Source: Planctomycetota bacterium
GTDB lineage: Bacteria; Planctomycetota; UBA8108; SXIK01
Direction of reading: 5' to 3'
Assembly (NCBI GenBank): GCA_965223265.1
Contig: OZ244999.1
Span: forward strand, 8,576,001-8,640,000
Length of the DNA stretch: 64,000 nucleotides
Numbering within the stretch: position 1 is the stretch's first letter; every line of letters begins with the position of its first letter. Below are positions 57,144-64,000 of the stretch, piece by piece. The position numbers and the translations under genes are program-made. The notes under the pieces were generated by a model that saw only the letters and a program-made list of their open reading frames with translations, searched no databases and was not told where the DNA came from.

Positions 57144-58535
57144 TCAGAGACGAAACGCCTGTTCGGGTCGAGGTACCTGAACGTCGGGGTAGCCCTTCTG
57201 GCGAAGCGCCTCCGCGAACGCCTCGGCAGCCTCTTCCTCACCATGAACGAGAAACGTCCTCGCGGGTGGTTTTTTCAGGAGGGAGAGGTAATCGAGGAGC
57301 TCGTCGCGGTCGGCGTGACCACTCAGTCCGCTGGTGGTCTCGACACGGGCCTTGAGTGGGTATTCGGTACCGAAGAGTTTGATGCTCTCCGCTCGCTCGA
57401 CCAGACGTCGGCCCACTGTGTGCGGCGCCATGTAGCCGACCACCAAAACTGTGCTCTTTGGATCCGGAGCAACGCGCTTCAGGTGATGGATTACGCGTCC
57501 GGCTTCGCACATGCCTGAAGCTGAGATGATAATGCATGGAACATGAAGCTCGTTGAGCGCCTTGGACGCCTCCACGTCGCGAATATAGGTTAGTCGGCGG
57601 AATCCGAACGGATCACGGTCGAGGTCGCAGAGCGCCGACGCTTCGTCGTCGTAGCATTCAGGATGGGCACGAAACACGCTGGTGACGTTCGTCGCTAGCG
57701 GGCTGTCAACGAAGATTGGCATCGGCGGGAGCTTACGTTCGTTGAACAGAGCGTTGAAGTGATAAACCAGTGTCTGCGTGCGTCCGACGCTAAAGGCTGG
57801 AATGAGAAGCTTGCCGCCACGGTCGAACGTTTCGTGGGCCACGTCAAGCAACCGCGCGCGCGTGTCTTCGGACTCCTCATGGATGCGATTGCCGTATGTT
57901 GACTCGCAGATGAGAACATCCGCTCTCTTGGGCGGTACCGGATCTCTCAAGATGACTCGATCGTGGCGGCCAACGTCTCCGGTGAACACCACGAGCTTTT
58001 CAGAATCTCCTTCCCTGCAGCGAAGGTGACACGAAGCTGATCCGAGGATGTGGCCGGCATCGCGGAACTTGACGCCCACGCCCTCGGTGATTTCGACTTC
58101 ATTGTTGTAGTCGACGCCGCGAAAGCGCGTCAGTGCTTCAACCGCGTCCTGAATCGTGTAGAGCGGCTCAAACGGTGTCTGTTTCTTCTTGCGTCGTCGT
58201 TTGTTGACGTGTTCCACGTCTCGCTCTTGGATGTAGGCCGAATCCCGAAGCATCCAGTCGCATAGGTCGAGCGTCGCGTGAGTGCAGAAGATCGGTCCAC
58301 GAAATCCGGACGCTACGAGGCGCGGGATGTTCCCGCTGTGATCGATATGCGTGTGGGAGAGTACGACGCAGTCGATCTCCTTCGGATCGAACTTAAAGGT
58401 GCGATTACGTTTGAAGCTCTCTTTTCTCTTGCCTTGGTAGAGACCGCAGTCGAGAAGGATTTTTTTCTTGCCGACTTGAAGCAGATGGCACGAGCCGGTC
58501 ACCGTTCGGGCGGCGCCGTAAAACTGTAGTCTCAT
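57144..58535 (-). CDS. MBL/beta-CASP ribonuclease (YSH1/TTHA0252-like)
   Basis: GAARTVTGS, SHTHIDHSG, AGHILGS, ESTYG, SGHAD, LVHGE. Confidence 0.92.
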   Translation of the reverse strand: MRLQFYGAARTVTGSCHLLQVGKKKILLDCGLYQGKRKESFKRNRTFKFDPKEIDCVVLSHTHIDHSGNIPRLVASGFRGPIFCTHATLDLCDWMLRDSAYIQERDVEHVNKRRRKKKQTPFEPLYTIQDAVEALTRFRGVDYNNEVEITEGVGVKFRDAGHILGSASCHLRCREGDSEKLVVFTGDVGRHDRVILRDPVPPKRADVLICESTYGNRIHEESEDTRARLLDVAHETFDRGGKLLIPAFSVGRTQTLVYHFNALFNERKLPPMPIFVDSPLATNVTSVFRAHPECYDDEASALCDLDRDPFGFRRLTYIRDVEASKALNELHVPCIIISASGMCEAGRVIHHLKRVAPDPKSTVLVVGYMAPHTVGRRLVERAESIKLFGTEYPLKARVETTSGLSGHADRDELLDYLSLLKKPPARTFLVHGEEEAAEAFAEALRQKGYPDVQVPRPEQAFRL

Positions 58536-58633
58536 CGCTGTCCTTTGCTCGATCGCCGTTTGAGTTGCATGGGCGAGAGGGGAAGGCGTGATTGTGGACG
58601 CCCGGCCGCCTGAAAGCAATAGTTCGAGATCAG

Positions 58634-60496
58634 CTAGTGTTCGACAGCCGTGCGCGATTCCGCGAGCGCATCGGCGGTGCCTACTAAGGCGAGGCGATCG
58701 CCTCGCTCGAGTTTCGTATCGCTGTGTGGGACAACCACAGACGAGTTGCGCCGGATGCCGACGATCACAGCGTTGCCTGGAAGCCGAACGTTTCGCAGGC
58801 TCACGCCATGAAGACTCGGGTTGTTCAGGATAGCCTCGCCCATCTCGACACCATCCTCGCGTTCGAGGAGTGTTTCGAACGCGTTCGGAAAACGTAACAC
58901 ACCTTCGAGTGCAACGACCGAGGCGAGCGCGGGCTGAACTACTTTCACCCCCAAGGCTCCCAGGCGCGCACACGTTTCAACGGAGTTCGCACATGCGACC
59001 ACCAAGGGGAGGTTGAAGTCGTCTAGAGCGCGAGTGCACAGCTCAACACGAGTCTCTGTCTTCGCCGTCGTTACGATCAACGCGGCGGCCGTGTCGGCCC
59101 CGGCTTTGCGGAGCGTGTCGACCTCTTGCGGCAGACCACGAACTACGTTCAGTCCGTGGTGACCGAGCTCGACCAGCCTTCGATCATCTCTACCGATGAT
59201 GGTCACCGATTCACCCGCTCGCACCAAGCGGTCTGCGAGTAGTCGTGCGACATGATCGGTTCCCGCGATGATGATGCCGCTCCTCTCCCGAGAGTTGCTC
59301 CTTCCGTAGAGCGCATTGAAGATGAGTGGAGAGACGCTACTGGTCGTGATCGCAACGAGGACGACTGCCGCGTTGACCTCTGGGGTGATCTTGCCGAGCT
59401 TCAGAGCGATTGCGCTGGCGGCGATGATCAACGAAAGTCGAGATGAGAGCAGGAATCCGCCCGCGATTGCTCGTTTGACACCGAACGCGCTCGAGTACAT
59501 GAGGGACGGTACCAGTTTGACCAAGTAGGCGGCGATCAGCAGAACTGGAAAGAGGAAAAAACCTTGTTTTGAGGCGGCGAGCACGCTGAGGTCGAAATTG
59601 ACTCCGACCATGATGAAAAAGAGCGGAATGAAAAAGCCGAATCCGATAGCGTCGAGTTTCTCGCGTAGGAGCGAGTGTTCTGGTCCGGCCATGAGACTGA
59701 CGAACGTTCCGGCGAGAAACGCTCCGAGAATGATCTCGAGACCGATGGCTTCGGCGAGTACGACGCAGGCGACCATCAGTGCGAAAGATCCACGCACCTT
59801 GACCTGTGAAGTCGCATGAGAGACATCGTCGACGAGCTGGCGGACGAGCCGGTTTGACGCGAACGCCATCCCAAGGCGCACGAGAACTACCGAAGCGACG
59901 ATCGTGCCGAAGACGAAAAACAGGTTCAAAGAACCTTGGTTGCCGGCGGCGAGCACAAATGTCAGGAGTAGCAGGGTGGCGAAGTCGGCCACGAGTGCGG
60001 CGACGAGAAAGTACTGCCCGAAGCTTTGGCCGACGATGCCGCGTTCCTTCAGCACGGGAAGAACGATGCCGAGCGAGCTCGTGCTGAGGATCAGGCTCAT
60101 GAGCAGTGGGCTCGTCGCGAATCCTGCGAGACTCAGCCCGAGGGAAACAAGGTAGGCTAGGCTGAACGTTGCGCAAAAGCAGAGGAGCGCGAGAGGAACC
60201 GCGCGGAGCCGAGGAGGCGCCCCCTTCGTACTCGAGGGCTCTGTTCTACGGAGGGCGCGGAAGTCGACCTCAAGTCCCGAAAGAAACATGAGGTAGGCGA
60301 AGCCGAGATCCTGGAGAAACACCAGGACTTCGGACGGCGCGATCAAGTCTGCACCACTCGTACCGATCGCGATTCCAGCAAGAATCTCCACGACTACGAT
60401 CGGGACTCTTACGCGTCGGAAGCGGGTGGCGAGAAGAGGCACCGTGGCTGCCAGTGCCGTCAGGATGAGGAGCGAGAGATAGTGGTCTCCGTGCAT
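58634..60496 (-). CDS. CPA2 cation:proton antiporter with TrkA-N and TrkA-C domains
   Basis: FLSGLEVD, LGAFLAG, GFFIPLFF; C-terminal RCK domains. Confidence 0.9.
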   Translation of the reverse strand: MHGDHYLSLLILTALAATVPLLATRFRRVRVPIVVVEILAGIAIGTSGADLIAPSEVLVFLQDLGFAYLMFLSGLEVDFRALRRTEPSSTKGAPPRLRAVPLALLCFCATFSLAYLVSLGLSLAGFATSPLLMSLILSTSSLGIVLPVLKERGIVGQSFGQYFLVAALVADFATLLLLTFVLAAGNQGSLNLFFVFGTIVASVVLVRLGMAFASNRLVRQLVDDVSHATSQVKVRGSFALMVACVVLAEAIGLEIILGAFLAGTFVSLMAGPEHSLLREKLDAIGFGFFIPLFFIMVGVNFDLSVLAASKQGFFLFPVLLIAAYLVKLVPSLMYSSAFGVKRAIAGGFLLSSRLSLIIAASAIALKLGKITPEVNAAVVLVAITTSSVSPLIFNALYGRSNSRERSGIIIAGTDHVARLLADRLVRAGESVTIIGRDDRRLVELGHHGLNVVRGLPQEVDTLRKAGADTAAALIVTTAKTETRVELCTRALDDFNLPLVVACANSVETCARLGALGVKVVQPALASVVALEGVLRFPNAFETLLEREDGVEMGEAILNNPSLHGVSLRNVRLPGNAVIVGIRRNSSVVVPHSDTKLERGDRLALVGTADALAESRTAVEH

Positions 60497-60769
60497 GATC
60501 CTCTCTCGTCCTTGACGACTGCATGCGATAGCCACTCCACCGTGTCCAGTCAGCCGTGTCTCCAAAGAATCACCTATTCGTTTGCATCACGCCACATGGG
60601 CCGGGGGGTTCCGATCACGCCGGCGGAACCGCGAAGACTTCACCAGAGACGCGCAGTGATCGGGGCGATAACCCTCTCGTTTGGATCCCGAATGAGGAAT
60701 CTGGACAGCGGTGTCGAAGTTGATGACGACGGTGAGGGAGCGGCGGTATCACACAATCGAGGAGAGCGG

Positions 60770-61657
60770 ATGACTCAAGAGCAGGAACTGAAACAGGCGC
60801 GTCTCTGCATCGAGAAGCTCACCTGCTGGCAGGGTGACGTCCGTGTCGAGGAGCTCTCCGGCGGGATTACGAACCGCAACTATCTGGTCACGGATGTCGA
60901 CGGCTCGCGTACGGTCGTGCGTCTCTGCAGCGATTTGCCACACTTGGGTATTGATCGGCGTAACGAGGTCAATTGCCAGCGCGCGGCGTGGGAGATTGGT
61001 GTTGCACCACGAGTTCTCCACATCGAGAGCGGCGTCTTGGTGAGCGAATTCGTCGATGGCGCGACGTGCACGGACGATGCGCTGCGCGACACAAAGAACC
61101 TGACGAGTCTGGCCCGCACGCTACGTCGACTGCATGATGCGTGGGACTGCATCAGCGGCGAGATGCTGTACTTCTCGCCTTTTCAGACGGTCCGGACCTA
61201 CGCCTCGGTAGTGCGCGAGCTTGGTGCAGAGGCGGTGCCAGATCTTGACGATTGTCTCGAGGAGTCGCGTCAACTGGCTCACCAGGTGGCACCGTTCCGT
61301 CCGACTCTGTGCCACAACGATTTGCTCGCTGCGAATGTGCTGATCGATGCTGATCGTGCGTCGCTGGTCGACTGGGAGTATGCAGGGATCGGACACCCAC
61401 TCTTCGACCTTGCGGGTGTCAGCGGCAACGTTGGTCTGTCTCCTGAGCTGGAGACTCACCTCTTGCTCGAGTACGGTGTCGCGGACCTCGACTCCGCTCT
61501 ACGTGAGCTGAAGATCCTCCGCGCGGCGTCGCTACTGCGAGAAGCGCTGTGGGCCTGTATTCAAACCGTTAAAGCGGAGATCGATTTCGACTACCGAGGC
61601 TACGCCGTGCGGAACTTTGAGGCGTACCGGCAAGCTCGGGGCGAGCTCGAGCGCTGA
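60770..61657 (+). CDS. Choline/ethanolamine kinase-family phosphotransferase
   Basis: LSGGITNRN, CHNDLLAAN, VDWEYAG; GAGGAG RBS. Confidence 0.88.
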   Translation: MTQEQELKQARLCIEKLTCWQGDVRVEELSGGITNRNYLVTDVDGSRTVVRLCSDLPHLGIDRRNEVNCQRAAWEIGVAPRVLHIESGVLVSEFVDGATCTDDALRDTKNLTSLARTLRRLHDAWDCISGEMLYFSPFQTVRTYASVVRELGAEAVPDLDDCLEESRQLAHQVAPFRPTLCHNDLLAANVLIDADRASLVDWEYAGIGHPLFDLAGVSGNVGLSPELETHLLLEYGVADLDSALRELKILRAASLLREALWACIQTVKAEIDFDYRGYAVRNFEAYRQARGELER

Positions 61658-61734
61658 CGGCTCGCGCACCGAGTTTCCCCGGACGCTCACGCGACGCAGG
61701 CCGCCACGGCGATGCACCACGCGGCGGCGGTCGC

Positions 61735-62916
61735 TCAATCCATGCCGCCGCCCATGAGCGGCTCGTCGAGGGCGCGGATGTTGCTCATCGGCAGGCCGCT
61801 GGGCCAATCGCCGCGCGCCAGCTCGAGAGCTCGCATTGCGATGCCCACATGTTTGTCCTGTGTTTCGCGGTAAAACTCGCGTGCACTCTGGGGCAGTTTC
61901 GGCTCACCGTGAAGTGGTTTGTCGGAGACGCACAGGAGCGTCGCGTGAGGGATGCGATAACGAAAGCCGTTTGCAGCTACGGTCGCCGACTCCATATCGA
62001 TTGCGAGGCTGCGGCTGACGCGCAGGTCCTCGAGTGTCTTCGTGAGACTCAGCTCCCAGTTGCGGTCGCACGTCGTGTACACGGTGCCGAGCCGATAGAC
62101 TAGGCCTTCCGACTCAAGTGCCATCGCCAAGTAGCGATTCAGGATGTCGCTTGGGGCGATTGGCACGCCGATGGGCAGACAGTCGTCGAGCACTCGGTCG
62201 GCCCGCATGTAGCCCGATGCCAATACGAAGTCGCCGATCTGTTGATGATTGCGAATGCCGCCGCAGTGACCAACCATCACCATCGCATCCGGTCTGAGGA
62301 CACCCAGATGGTCCGTGCACGTCTTGGCGTTCGAGGGGCCGACACCAATGTTGACGAGCGTGAAGCCCGTCTGATGCTCTCGCTTGTAATGGTACGCCGG
62401 CATTTGAACCGGTCGTAGTGGTTGCACGCACTCGGGAAAGAGCCGCGTGAAAGCCTCGACATGCATCTGATAGTTGGTGAGGAGGATGTAGCGTTGAAAG
62501 TCTTCCGCACGCGTTCCTGTGTAATGTTCGAGTCGCTCCAGCGACAGATCCATGCGCTCCGGCGCGAAGAGAAAGAGCTTCTTCTGCGTCAGGTCCCAAC
62601 CATCCTGATCGAGACGCTGGAGCAGATTCGTCGAGTTGAGGTCGACACGCGCCCGTGCTGGTTCGACTCTGACTTCAGCGCCGCGCAGCACTAGACGTCG
62701 CAACTCGCGGGTAAGATACCAGCGGTATGCGGATGGCCGTGCGATTTCACCCGAGATGACTGGGTTGTGTTCGGACCAGCTGCGACGAACCGTCAACCTC
62801 GCGTAACAACCGGAGTCGTAAATGGCTGCCATGAGATCGCAAGCTTCGCGGATCAGGCCCGCCAAATCGTCGTCGGTGTATTCAGGTCGGTTGCGAATCT
62901 CGATCAGGTCGTTCAA
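61735..62916 (-). CDS. amn: AMP nucleosidase
   Basis: RLEHYTGT, VQMPAYH, NIGVGPSNAKT, GHCGG, IDMESAT, VSDKPLHGEPK. Confidence 0.9.
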   Translation of the reverse strand: MNDLIEIRNRPEYTDDDLAGLIREACDLMAAIYDSGCYARLTVRRSWSEHNPVISGEIARPSAYRWYLTRELRRLVLRGAEVRVEPARARVDLNSTNLLQRLDQDGWDLTQKKLFLFAPERMDLSLERLEHYTGTRAEDFQRYILLTNYQMHVEAFTRLFPECVQPLRPVQMPAYHYKREHQTGFTLVNIGVGPSNAKTCTDHLGVLRPDAMVMVGHCGGIRNHQQIGDFVLASGYMRADRVLDDCLPIGVPIAPSDILNRYLAMALESEGLVYRLGTVYTTCDRNWELSLTKTLEDLRVSRSLAIDMESATVAANGFRYRIPHATLLCVSDKPLHGEPKLPQSAREFYRETQDKHVGIAMRALELARGDWPSGLPMSNIRALDEPLMGGGMD

Positions 62917-63212
62917 TGATCAATTCCCTTGCCAAGCCTTCGCGACAAACGTCGTGAGCCTCTGCGGTTCGCGCACTCCCTCTCTATCATATTGTCGGCG
63001 CCGCCAGAGCGCTCGGTGCACGTTTCACCGTCGGTCGGCATGCGGCTCTGGCGCTGCAAGTGAGGATCCAGCCGTGCGTGCCGGTAACGCCACCGCGGCG
63101 TGTTGTCGCATCGCAAGCCATCGACGGTTTTCTCGCCTATTCGTTCCGGTTATACTCGATTTCGCATTCTTGGAACGACGACAGCACTTCTTCGACGGAA
63201 CGTCACTGTCCC

Positions 63213-64000
63213 ATGCGGCGTCTCAACGATTCTTTTCCGGGCCTGATACCGAGAATGTTTCCTTGCAGCGCATCGCTGCGGCGTTCACCAATAGGCCATC
63301 CTTCGAGGCTGGTCGCTTGGGTCGCCTCGCTGATGTGGCTCGCTGCCCTGGGCGGCGAGGCTGCGGCACAAGATGACGTCGATCAAGGCGCAACAAGCGA
63401 CGGCCGGTCGAAGCCAGCGGTCGGTGCGGTCGCCCCTTCAGGTGATGAGACGTTCTTTGCTGATGAAGTCGCACCGCTTCTGAAGAAGAACTGCCTCAAA
63501 TGCCATGGCGAGTCCAAACGGGTCAAGGGTGGGCTCCGGCTCACGAGCCGTGACGACGTCCTCGCCGGCGGCGACTCTGGACCCGCAGTGGATCTCCAAC
63601 GTCCGAGCGCGAGCCTCTTGCTCCGGGCGGTGAGCTACGAAGACGACAATCTGCAGATGCCCCCGAAGCGGCGGCTGGCGCCTGAGGAAGTGGCGGTTCT
63701 CGTGCGGTGGGTCGAGGGCGGTGTGGCGTGGACTGCTACCGCATCGGGGGACACCGCGCGCAGCGAGTCAGATGAAGCCCACGCTGCACTGCTTCGTGGT
63801 GGCGATCACTGGGCGTTTCAGCCGGTCGTCCAACCCGCGGTGCCGGAGGTTAAGGACGATGCGTGGATACGCCATCCGATCGACGCGTTCATTTTGCGGC
63901 GGCTTGAGGATGCTGCGCTCAAGCCCGCGGCACCGGCGGCGAAGTCGCAGCTCCTGCGCCGCGTCTATTTCGATTTGATCGGACTGCCTCCAACGCCAAC
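63213..64000 (+). CDS. PSCyt1 cytochrome c + DUF1549 protein, 5' part (runs off the window)
   Basis: Frame not in the ORF track: FFADEVAPLLKKNCLKCHG, MPPK, HWAFQP, HPIDAFI, LLRRVYFDLIGLPPT; start 63213 or 63255. Confidence 0.85.
   Translation, partial: MRRLNDSFPGLIPRMFPCSASLRRSPIGHPSRLVAWVASLMWLAALGGEAAAQDDVDQGATSDGRSKPAVGAVAPSGDETFFADEVAPLLKKNCLKCHGESKRVKGGLRLTSRDDVLAGGDSGPAVDLQRPSASLLLRAVSYEDDNLQMPPKRRLAPEEVAVLVRWVEGGVAWTATASGDTARSESDEAHAALLRGGDHWAFQPVVQPAVPEVKDDAWIRHPIDAFILRRLEDAALKPAAPAAKSQLLRRVYFDLIGLPPTP

Overview
A gene-dense, GC-rich bacterial chromosomal segment, most likely from a Planctomycetota/PVC organism. This assignment rests on DUF1549/DUF1553 + DUF1501 genes, PQQ-type beta-propeller/methyltransferase fusions, a planctomycete-type cytochrome and a dockerin-like repeat. 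All product calls come from motif recognition, with no database searches. Housekeeping and envelope genes: adk-like kinase, orphan Cys-free rpsR, signal-peptide Ni-SOD, amn, MATE, CPA2 antiporter, beta-CASP nuclease. Signalling loci: (i) a PP2C/anti-sigma kinase/STAS partner-switch module translationally coupled to an MlaE/F/D (Mce) transporter; (ii) a 1701-aa Ser/Thr-kinase-TPR-sigma54 activator beside a minor-pilin cluster and two tandem sigma54-type promoters that appear to drive structured non-coding RNA; (iii) a TonB-dependent receptor/periplasmic binding protein/hybrid kinase/HD-GYP cascade. The most unusual region is about 21.1-25.2 kb. There, an Avd-like four-helix-bundle gene with no reverse transcriptase is bracketed by two period-6 (CnnAnn) repeat arrays, hairpins and REP-like palindromes, and is interrupted by a ~2.65-kb large-serine-recombinase element whose attachment junctions can be reconstructed. 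A 160-bp foldback MITE with a CTAA target duplication lies at 49.6 kb. No rRNA, tRNA or CRISPR array was found.
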